A DNA stretch of 64,000 nucleotides from an uncultured bacterium (lineage in GTDB: Bacteria; B130-G9). Shown in pieces: positions 34,201 to 41,354 of the stretch. Position 1 is the stretch's first letter, and each line of letters opens with the position of its first letter. The translations under genes were made by a program, and so were the position numbers. The stretch covers positions 1-64,000 of the forward strand of contig CBDVDH010000001.1 in NCBI GenBank assembly GCA_965372715.1. Reading direction: 5' to 3'. Under the pieces are notes generated by a model that was given only the letters and a program-made list of their open reading frames with translations, made no database searches and was not told the DNA's origin.

Positions 34201-37200
34201 CGATGGCGCCTCTTCAACGTTGTCGGCCTCATCCGTGGCTATGGTGTAGAACTCGTATGTCCCCTGGCCGTGGTCGGGATTGTATGAGAATGTGCCGGAG
34301 AGCTCTTCAGATGACATCCCAGTTGATGCCCAGCCTGGGTCCCAGGTTTGGCCCTGGTCATCTGAAAACCTGAACCACAGGGCTGTCGAAACCACCCCTG
34401 AGCCTCCGCCATCGTCCGAATCGAAGCTGACATCGAACGGATCAGTTGCAGTTTGGGGCGAGCTACACGCTGAAACGGGTGAAGATTGATCTGAGAGAAC
34501 CGTTGCGTCGGCCTGATCTGGCGGCGACTCAGTATTGCCGGCAGCGTCCGTGGCGGCGGTATAGAACTCATACAGGCCATCTCCGTCGCCGAACGAGAAG
34601 ATGAAGTTCCCTGACTGGGCTGACCCGTATTGGCCCGTGTATTGCCATTCGCCTGCCGCAAAGCGGTAGTAAAGCTTGACCTGGGACAGGCCGCTCAACT
34701 CGTCGCTTGCGCTGTATGAGACCTCGACCGAGCTCGCGTTAGTCATGCTGATGCAATCGCAGCTGGAGCTTGGGGACTGCGTGTCCCGGACCGTGCTGGT
34801 CTCCGCCGATTTCTCTCCCTCGGTGTTGCCGGCCCTGTCCGTGGCGACGGAGTAGAATTGATACGTGCCGTCGCCCTGCGTAGGCTCGAACTCGAACGTT
34901 CCTGAGCTGCCATTCTCGCGAAGTCCGCTGGAGGTCCATTGGCCTTCGCCGAATTTATAATAGAGGTCGCAGAACGAGACCCCACTCAGCGCGTCCTCGC
35001 CTGTGAAGCTGACCGAAATGTCGCCGGCGGCGGAGTAGTCCGGCGATGAGCAGGACGAGCTGGGCAGCGTTGTGTCATAGATGATCGCACAATCGGCTGA
35101 CTGAGGCGCTTGTTCTTCGTTGGAGGCGGCGTCGGTGGCGATTGTGTAGAAATTGTATGTGCCCTCGCCTTGCGGAGCGTTGAACTCGAAGTTACCGCTC
35201 GTGCCGTCGCTTTCCAGCTCAGAATCGACGAAGCTTCCACCATCGAAACTGTAGTATAGCTGCACAGAATCGATTCCGCTGCCACCGTCCTGCGCCTCGA
35301 ACTCGACGACGAAGGGCAACGAATTGCCGAACTGTCCACAGGAGCAGCTCGACTCGGGCTTGGTCGTGTCATAGACCGCCGAGGCGTCTGGCGCTTCCTT
35401 GGCCGATTCGGAGTTGTCGGCGTAATCCGTGGCCAGTGTGTAGAAGTGATACGTTCCCTCTCCGTGGGCGAACGTGAACTCAAACGCGCCCGACGTACCG
35501 GATGCCTCGTGGCCTGAGTCCGTCCAGCTGCCGCTGTTGAACTTGTAGTAGAGCTTGGTGTTGGCGACGCCGCTTGTCTCGTCTTGAGCGGAGAAGGAGA
35601 TTGAGATAGTGCTGGAGTTCACGTCGGAGGCACACGAGCATCCTGAGGCCGGCGCCGTCTCGTCATAGACGGTAACCGCGTCGGGCTCATCCGGCGGGAG
35701 CTCGACGTTCCCGGCGTTATCCGTCGCTATCGTGTATAAGGCATACGTGCCCTCGCCCTCGGGCGGCGTGAAAGATGACGAAGAGAGCACGAAACACTTG
35801 AACTCCTGATCCACCATTGGAATCTGCAACGGGCCGCCGTCATAGAACCCCTCCAGAACTGGCGCCTCAAAGTAGTCCTCGACGTCCAGCAGCCGGTAGT
35901 AGTCCCCATCCGAGAGAACAGATGAGACATCCACGTTGACCGTGGTCAGCGTCTCCCAGTTATAGATGGCTATATGGGCGCGCTTGATCTTATAGTCATT
36001 GGGCAGGATTACGACCTTGTTCTCAGAGGGTATCTGTTTGTCTTCGTGCACCGTCGCGTTTTCATCAGACCCCGTTAGGGCAACCCAGTCTTCAATGGTA
36101 TAGCTGTCTGAGCCTCCTTTTGGGTATCGAATGTGAGGCGAGCCATCCGGGGCCACGAAGACCTGACGGAGCGGCGGAGAGAGGAAATAGAGGCCATGCC
36201 CATCCCAAGTTACACCAGAGTCCTTATACTCGCCGCCGTTGAAGCTGTAGTAGAGCCTCGTTTCTGCAACGCCGCTTTCGTCGTCAGATGCGAAGGCTTC
36301 CACGTCTATTGGCGCTGAGTTCGCATATTCAGGCGCCGTGCAATAGGATTCGGGCCTCGTGTTGTCGGTTGAGTCGTATATGGTGGAGTCGTCGGGCGAT
36401 TCTGGGGCCTGCTCGGTGTTGCCGGCGTTGTCGGTCGCCAGAGTGTAGAAATCATAAGTCCCTTCGCCATCTGGTGGGGAGAATGAGAACTCTCCGGACG
36501 TGCCGCTTTCTGAAAGCCCCGAGCTGGAATACTCGCCGCCGTCCTTGCGATAGTAGAGCTTCGTCGTGGAAACCCCGCTGAGCGAGTCGGACGACGAAAA
36601 CGTGATCGCAATCGGGCTCGAATACGCGTATTCCGGCGAAGAACATGAGGATTCCGGCCTACTGGAGTCATAGATGGTTGTGTCGTCCGCGCTCTGAGGC
36701 GCGTCCTCCTCGTTCCCGGCGTTATCGTAGGCGATCGTGTAGAACTTGTAGGTCCCGTCGCCATCGGTTGGCGAAAACGTGAAGTCTCCGGATGTTCCGC
36801 TCTTTGTCTGACCTGAATACGAATAGCTGCCCGAGTTGTAGCTGTAATAGAGCTCTGTCGAGGCGATTCCTGAGCTGCTGTCGGAGGCCGTGAACGCAAT
36901 GGTCATCGGGAGAGAAGTAGCGTAGGTGGGAGACGATGCCGATGACGTCGGCTTCGTGTCGTCGTGGATAGTCGTGCTGTCAGCGGAGCCTGGCGCATCT
37001 TCCGCGTTCCCGGCGTTGTCGGTCGCGATTGTGTAAAACGCGTAGGTTCCTTCCCCGTCGGTCGGCGCGAAGGAGAATGACCCCGATCCGCCGCTCGCTT
37101 GGTCTCCAGAATAGGTGTAACTTCCGCCGCTGTAGCTGTAATAGAGCTTCGTGTTTGCGAGCCCGCTTCCGCCGTCCGAGGCGCTGAACGTCACATTTAT

Positions 37201-39960
37201 CGGCGAGGACCCATACGTGGGCGAGGAGCATGACGATACTGGCTTCGTCGAATCATAGATGGTGGTGTCGTCCGCCGAACCAGGAGCATCTTCCGTGTTG
37301 CCGGCCTTATCGATGGCGATTGTGTAGAAATAATACGTGCCTTGACCGTCCGGCAGCGTGAACGAGAATGAGCCTGAGGTCCCTGATTCTGACTCGCCCG
37401 AATAGCTGTAGCTGCCGCCGCTGGGTTTGTAGTAGAGCTTGGTCTCATAGAGCCCACACCCACTGCCATCGGACGACGTGAAGCTAATCGACACGCTCTG
37501 TGACGTTGAATAGGTCGGACTTGAGCAGCTCGAAGATGGTTTGGTGTCGTCCACGAACGGGCCATCGTAATCGCCCGAGTCGGGGAGCCTGTCGCTGTTG
37601 CTGTTTCCGTCCTCGAAGTAGAAGTAATAGGAATGATTGCCAGCGGAAAGCGCTGCGGTCTCATACTCATAATCGCCATTCGCCGCCAGCCCTGAGGCCA
37701 AGGACATCGTGTGAGGCGTGGCGTCTATATAAACGTAGGCAATCGCTGGCGCCTCCCCGTCCGCGTGGTAGTAGTGGACACGATACGTGAATGTGTCGCT
37801 CGATTGCCCGTCTTCTGGCGAGACTGAGCCGTCGCTCAACTCTGGCTCCGAGCCGCCGCCTTCTTCCTGAACCTCCGCCGTGCCTCTATCCGGAAGATAG
37901 TTATGCTTGGTGACCGTCACATGCATTGTGCCGGTCGATGTCGGCGGAGGCGAGAGTGTGATGTACGCCCAACCGCTCGCGTCGGTCTCGGCCGTCTCAA
38001 AGACCTCGTCTTCCTTGTAGAGGCATACCAGCGCCGACTCAAGGGCGCCTCCACTCTGCACCTGAACGTCAAACTGCGTCTGGCCCACCGTGAGCGTGCT
38101 GTCGTAGCTTGCGCTCATCGACGACGGCGTATCAGTCCAAACCCGCGTCGTCGGCGAACCTAACAGATTCAGTTCATAAAGCACCCAACGGTAATACTGA
38201 CTGCCGCCGTAGGTCCCCTTGCAATAACTGACAAAAACCTGCTTGGAGTCGGACAGCGCCTCGCCCAGTTCGTAGGTACCGTAGTCAAAAACAGCGGAGA
38301 AGAACTCTTGGTCGAACGCATCGGACGGCCCGTAGCCTGGGTCACCTGGGCTATACCATCCAAACCGGCTGTTTCCAATAAATGCGACGCCGCCGCCGCT
38401 TGGGGAGAGAACGAACCGCTCGCCCATGCAGTCGTAGTCTATTGCTGCGGCCCAGCAGCCGATTGTGTATAGAATCGAGTAGCGCGGGCCATTAGTGAGT
38501 CCTGTCATATCATTTCGATAGAGATACTCTTTGGTGCCCGTGTATTTGGCGCTCATAACCGAGTAGTTGGCGTGGCCTACGTTGTTGACGAGGTTGTAGC
38601 CGGCGTTGAGCGAGTTGATGACGTTCGTCTTGCCGGACGTGCCGTCCCGGTCATATCGCTTCGTTATGGTGTAGTCGCCCGGTATGCCAACGTAGCTCTC
38701 GAGCTCGTCCTTACAGTCGCCGCCGGAGGTGTATGCGTCTAGCAGGCAGGCAAACATCAGCAGCTTTTTCTGGTAATCGGTTGGCAGTTGCGTTGAGCCA
38801 ACGCCCTCATAGACCAGCGTCTTCTCAACCACTGTCTCCGCCTCGCTAGTAGTATCGAACGGGAGCCGCCCAACCAGAACGTCGGCATACATGTCTATGT
38901 TGTCCTGGCTGACCTCGCCCCAAAGCGAGTCGCCGTCGTCGTTCCACGTGCCGTCCAGGTCAGCATAGTAGTAATCGCAATAAAGATAGTCGTCGTAGGT
39001 GTAGCCGTCGCCTTCCACGTCAAAGGAGTAGGCCGCTCTCGCGGGAACCACGCTCGTGTCGCCGCCCAGGATCACCCAGCCCAGGCCCTTGCTGGTGTAG
39101 TAATCCTTCAAGAAGTTCCTGATCTTCTCCTGAGTGTCCGTCCCGCCGTAAGAGCTGCTTATCGACGTTGTGGTGTGAATCTCCGTCCTGTAGCCCTTCT
39201 TGATCATCCAGTCGGCCAAAGGCTCCACCTGTGATGTGTATGAACTGCCCGTGACGATCACGCAGTCAACGGTGTCGAACGTCGCCGAGGCGCTGGGAGA
39301 GTAGGCTGGCGGGCTGACGTGGTCGCTGTTGATGACTAGCCTGGCGACGCGTTTTTCGCACGACTGCCGAACAAGGTTGCTTCGGCGTGTTACGGCGAGC
39401 GCCTGCGGCGTGCTCGGGACAAGATGCAGTGTGAGCGAGACCGATGAGATAGCCGATAGCGTCTTTGATGCTGGCTTATACTCAAAAGGCGTAACGAGCA
39501 GGCCGGCGACGTTGTAGCCTGCAAGGTAGCCTGATTGTGTCTGGTGAACAATGTTGGATGGATACGGAGTGTCAACTTCGTAGATGGCCGGGTCCGGGCC
39601 GACGAAGCCTGGCGCCTCGTCCCTGTTAGCTGGCATTGGGGGCTGCGCCGGATAAACGGTGAATTGCCCTACTAACACCTCCTTGGAGATAGCGGCGACC
39701 TCGATGTGATCGACGCTCCTATCATAAGGAATCGATACATAGACGCTTTTTTGAGGCAGCGCCGGAGCGCCAAATTCTGAGACAACGTAACAGCCGGGCA
39801 GTTCAATCTGGTCGTAATCACCCCTCGGCTTGATCTTCAGCTGGTCAATTGGAAAATCGACAACGACGTTTATGGTCTCGGCGAAAGCGCACGATGATAC
39901 GGCTACCGTAAGGAAAGTCAGCAATAACAAGGACTTTCGGGGCGTCGAGAGTGCAGACAT
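28225..39960 (-). CDS. Giant secreted gingipain-like (C25) protease with 26 tandem Ig-like repeats, about 3911 aa
   Basis: AAGGAGG RBS before ATG 39960; signal peptide; C25 propeptide (GAPALP, VYPAQ); VILGGD, DYYYADLDG, VGRLP, NVGHAN (His), IGCW (Cys), LNLLG; 26 counted Y.F...A.D.AGN.E repeats. Confidence 0.9.
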   Translation of the reverse strand: MSALSTPRKSLLLLTFLTVAVSSCAFAETINVVVDFPIDQLKIKPRGDYDQIELPGCYVVSEFGAPALPQKSVYVSIPYDRSVDHIEVAAISKEVLVGQFTVYPAQPPMPANRDEAPGFVGPDPAIYEVDTPYPSNIVHQTQSGYLAGYNVAGLLVTPFEYKPASKTLSAISSVSLTLHLVPSTPQALAVTRRSNLVRQSCEKRVARLVINSDHVSPPAYSPSASATFDTVDCVIVTGSSYTSQVEPLADWMIKKGYRTEIHTTTSISSSYGGTDTQEKIRNFLKDYYTSKGLGWVILGGDTSVVPARAAYSFDVEGDGYTYDDYLYCDYYYADLDGTWNDDGDSLWGEVSQDNIDMYADVLVGRLPFDTTSEAETVVEKTLVYEGVGSTQLPTDYQKKLLMFACLLDAYTSGGDCKDELESYVGIPGDYTITKRYDRDGTSGKTNVINSLNAGYNLVNNVGHANYSVMSAKYTGTKEYLYRNDMTGLTNGPRYSILYTIGCWAAAIDYDCMGERFVLSPSGGGVAFIGNSRFGWYSPGDPGYGPSDAFDQEFFSAVFDYGTYELGEALSDSKQVFVSYCKGTYGGSQYYRWVLYELNLLGSPTTRVWTDTPSSMSASYDSTLTVGQTQFDVQVQSGGALESALVCLYKEDEVFETAETDASGWAYITLSPPPTSTGTMHVTVTKHNYLPDRGTAEVQEEGGGSEPELSDGSVSPEDGQSSDTFTYRVHYYHADGEAPAIAYVYIDATPHTMSLASGLAANGDYEYETAALSAGNHSYYFYFEDGNSNSDRLPDSGDYDGPFVDDTKPSSSCSSPTYSTSQSVSISFTSSDGSGCGLYETKLYYKPSGGSYSYSGESESGTSGSFSFTLPDGQGTYYFYTIAIDKAGNTEDAPGSADDTTIYDSTKPVSSCSSPTYGSSPINVTFSASDGGSGLANTKLYYSYSGGSYTYSGDQASGGSGSFSFAPTDGEGTYAFYTIATDNAGNAEDAPGSADSTTIHDDTKPTSSASSPTYATSLPMTIAFTASDSSSGIASTELYYSYNSGSYSYSGQTKSGTSGDFTFSPTDGDGTYKFYTIAYDNAGNEEDAPQSADDTTIYDSSRPESSCSSPEYAYSSPIAITFSSSDSLSGVSTTKLYYRKDGGEYSSSGLSESGTSGEFSFSPPDGEGTYDFYTLATDNAGNTEQAPESPDDSTIYDSTDNTRPESYCTAPEYANSAPIDVEAFASDDESGVAETRLYYSFNGGEYKDSGVTWDGHGLYFLSPPLRQVFVAPDGSPHIRYPKGGSDSYTIEDWVALTGSDENATVHEDKQIPSENKVVILPNDYKIKRAHIAIYNWETLTTVNVDVSSVLSDGDYYRLLDVEDYFEAPVLEGFYDGGPLQIPMVDQEFKCFVLSSSSFTPPEGEGTYALYTIATDNAGNVELPPDEPDAVTVYDETAPASGCSCASDVNSSTISISFSAQDETSGVANTKLYYKFNSGSWTDSGHEASGTSGAFEFTFAHGEGTYHFYTLATDYADNSESAKEAPDASAVYDTTKPESSCSCGQFGNSLPFVVEFEAQDGGSGIDSVQLYYSFDGGSFVDSELESDGTSGNFEFNAPQGEGTYNFYTIATDAASNEEQAPQSADCAIIYDTTLPSSSCSSPDYSAAGDISVSFTGEDALSGVSFCDLYYKFGEGQWTSSGLRENGSSGTFEFEPTQGDGTYQFYSVATDRAGNTEGEKSAETSTVRDTQSPSSSCDCISMTNASSVEVSYSASDELSGLSQVKLYYRFAAGEWQYTGQYGSAQSGNFIFSFGDGDGLYEFYTAATDAAGNTESPPDQADATVLSDQSSPVSACSSPQTATDPFDVSFDSDDGGGSGVVSTALWFRFSDDQGQTWDPGWASTGMSSEELSGTFSYNPDHGQGTYEFYTIATDEADNVEEAPSAADSATDFITEKPTSSASSPEYQNTDPIPVSFEAHDSSGIKEVQLYYRYTEQDPCDWTDYADSGLRAYTDEGTFDFAPLSYHGEGIYQFYTIGIDTMDNVEDPPSESDCQTIYDLTLPISYLFSPEYASTASINSVFETDDDLSGIAIVRLWFHYSDDNGETFTSDWTDSGTYSQASTGVLTFGAGHGDGLYELMTLSTDNAGNQEAKEAADQQVILDTGLPVATVSCAEFATELPLGLDFAATDGTIGSGIASLVFWYQFDGGAWTLTGLQAEGTSGTVWFSPTEGNGEYQFFAASKDFAGNAESLVYEPEATLVFDDQVPISFAFCTNYGASTEITVGYEATGRESGIASVSLFYRFSSDGGSSWSTDWTDLGETRDTPFGSFDFVASHGEGKYEFYTITENNAGTIESPPSSADAWRIYDETVPSYQLSSPEFANGSLIDVSFEVNDGEAGSGPDAIELYFRFEDGDWQSSGLNSDEITGAFSFTPQDGDGTYDFCALVTDRAGNSTAGSFDVKTSTRFDNAAPSSTLEGPTAVNEGPIQLHYGVSGTDDLHLVSLLYRFSSNCGETWDIDWTESGQTATEANGDFAFEMQHGEGLYQFKSIAEDTTGNVEQKEDADVDTVLDSTRPTSLIEAPDCASSETIAIDFVASDAGCSSGIVGVYLFFSSAVSDWQEADDGGQGSEGTIDFVPPDGEGWYKFYSQAEDVAGNLETPGSAQIEVTFDTTPPQSICLVEPYVSDSPVEIELQANDATTEPVDIALHYRFRQPDSTWAPNWTESGQVVEGDAGILHFEPVHGQGIYEFCATSRDVCGNAEQVEAGRAADCIFDTAPPVSLLSGPSAASSGTIHLEFTSADTLSGLSFVELLYAFEGSDLQPTGLSTTSTTGSFSVEGIDQQEIYTFVCLGADLAGNEEIPATDNTVTVHVDLDAPCSSAKAPRFANHLPTEISCSATDGTVGTGVSKVELYYRFGEQDWEFSGRSQEASTQATFVFDSDCGNGSYQFFSLAIDAAGNREPMKTEADSQMLIDSERPDSFASCEPCYAESPIDIPYVATTGMCGLANVALWYRYFDGLGWTEWADSGASDGGTSASISFLPVLGDGTYEFYTLAEDVCGNLELGPGIADCSTVYDSTAPVCSISVPPYCNSSTVPVEYLCDDGPLGSGVGEIDFWLRKQGGDWQLHPTKGYGAQGATTLTVDLGEGYYDLAAIVSDLAGNTSGATSEPDASFVLDFLQPTSMSTCPQYVRTPEVRVNIHSSDALSGIDSVQLFTRRPEESWTEAGAPTHATSASITVSLTQGQGRYEFRARAIDRAGNHESMSEQPECYVVYDVLPPVAHCSAAQYARDTSTEISFEASDVHSGIAKVTLWASFQGASLAPVDALRGRSSGSFSYTFSESEGSYHFAAQAEDAAGNLETAPTVPEINILYDTTPPQTYCDSPTATKSSPIAVNFSTIDTGSGVKQVKLYFRHYSSSWRDSGETSTSQSGAWGFTPPDGDGEYRFCAVAEDNAGNESAVGGGGTDKTVFDTTPPEVSLACPEATTTSPIPVQFEAYDALSDVSQVTLYYRFRADGGTKSGEWKSYAYASSSSGTFTFIPAHGFGIYEFSAAGIDSLNNQGQPGDTALCHVCYESAIPIISPSDTSHDYGEVAQGRYEDWVLRIQNSGGSALVISELRTSGDFSCSAMTPITIQSRGTYQLSVRFTPQQVGARDGWLTVTSNDANTPNCNVSLTGMGFEENAQPEPSLVLNSSTFKEGDRLTAQVEAEYLGPSTAADLYVSVFLPEDWHLFFPNLSTTPRTFIASIQLYPGYRLGKTTIIDLVLPKLAPGDYAFVAGFCAEGTLTAMGDPAIEAFVIDGMPTLSLSLNGSSFSEGDLMSLSRTIANPGLAKSVDLYVGVTYPTGETLFYPSLSDTPEPFTTSVPLQQGETTGPEEVFSVTLPGIMPGTYYWLAVLTPAGEFDSFSNIPSCAWTFTATRSGRRSPSMSFARFPKPDDKN

Positions 39961-40165
39961 ACTATCCCTCCTTATGTCAAGCTCAGTGACATCACCAAAT
40001 CCGACAAGCAGACTATTCATCGAACTGGAGCCGAGAATCTTTAGCTCAGTTGGCCAACAGATAATGTGTCGCTCATGAGGTCTAGGGCGCAGGATTCTAC
40101 CGCCTTCAGGCGGTTCTCCATCGGCATAAGAATCCGGTTACAACCGGCAGTTGCCAGAGTCAGAT

Positions 40166-40426
40166 TCATCACGCCACCGGCTTCAGCCGAGGGGCGAATC
40201 AGGCCACCATTGCATTAACCCCCAGTTTCAACTGGGGGATTCCGGGCGGCCCACCCCCCCCCACTCTCTCCTCATCAGATGCCGATCCCGGGGAGTAGAG
40301 GGGCGCCGAGGCCTCAGATTCACCTGACTTCAGTCAGGTGCTAATATCATTAGAGCCATCAATATCACTAGAGCAAAACACGGTGATTGTCATTGACAGC
40401 ATCGAACCCTGTAACAGCAATTGCTA
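40166..40426 (-). mobile_element. About 261-bp non-coding multi-hairpin element, copy 2
   Basis: Reverse complement is colinear with 1441-1702, including TA(A/G)CAATTG left end and GATGA right end. Confidence 0.75.
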
Positions 40427-40555
40427 ACCGCTCCTCTCGTCCGGCTTGCCAAATATCGGACAGACCGATACGATCACGACGATCTTCATGTAACCGAATA
40501 TAGAGGCGTTTTTGCTCGCACGCAGGATATGCGGAAGACCGTCTGGGAGTAGCTA

Positions 40556-41341
40556 ATGTTACACGGTAAGAAAGTAGTTGTGGTCATGCCGGCGTTCAAC
40601 GCCGAGAAGACCTTGATGGCTACATACCAGGACGTCCCGAAGGACATTGTTGACCACATAATACTCGTCGATGACGCCAGCTCGGACGCAACGGCGGAGA
40701 TTGCCGAGCGGCTCGGGCTATCTTTGTTTGTCCACGACCACAACCTGGGATACGGAGGCAATCAGAAGACCTGCTACAAGGAGGCGATTGAGGCGGGCGC
40801 AGACATAGTTGTCATGACGCATCCCGACTACCAATACACGCCCAAGCTCATCACCGCGATGTCCGCGATGATAGCCAGCGGCGAGTTCGACGTCGTTCTG
40901 GGCTCGAGGATACTCGGCGTCGGCGCCCTTGCCGGAGGGATGCCGCGCCACAAATACATCGCGAACAGGCTCCTGACCTTTGTCCAGAATGTGTTCTTGA
41001 ACTACAAGCTTTCCGAATACCACACCGGCTTCAGGGCATTCTCGCGCGAGGCGCTCTTGAGGCTGCCGCTGCTTGAGAACTCCGACGATTTTGTGTTCGA
41101 CAACGAGATACTCGCCCAAGCGATCTACTTCGGCCTCAGAATCGGCGAGATTTCCTGCCCAACCAAATACTTCCCCGAGGCCTCATCCATCAGCTTCAAG
41201 CGAAGCGTCAGATACGGCCTCGGCGTCCTCTGGACCTGCGTCCGCTTCGTCCTCCACAAATGGCGCCTCGCCCGCTTCCGCATCTTCGCCGAAGATGGAT
41301 TGACAATTGGATCTAGGGATGCCCACCGCGCTCAACGGTAA
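40556..41341 (+). CDS. GT2 glycosyltransferase (DPM1-like)
   Basis: VVVMPAFNAEKTL, LVDDASSD, NLGYGGNQK, HPDYQY, LSEYHTGFRAF. Confidence 0.92.
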   Translation: MLHGKKVVVVMPAFNAEKTLMATYQDVPKDIVDHIILVDDASSDATAEIAERLGLSLFVHDHNLGYGGNQKTCYKEAIEAGADIVVMTHPDYQYTPKLITAMSAMIASGEFDVVLGSRILGVGALAGGMPRHKYIANRLLTFVQNVFLNYKLSEYHTGFRAFSREALLRLPLLENSDDFVFDNEILAQAIYFGLRIGEISCPTKYFPEASSISFKRSVRYGLGVLWTCVRFVLHKWRLARFRIFAEDGLTIGSRDAHRAQR

Positions 41342-41354
41342 TCTGCGTAACGTG

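Noticed and set aside
35785-36195. Intein in the giant protease
   Set aside because: No C/S start with HN-C/S/T end and no Hint motifs
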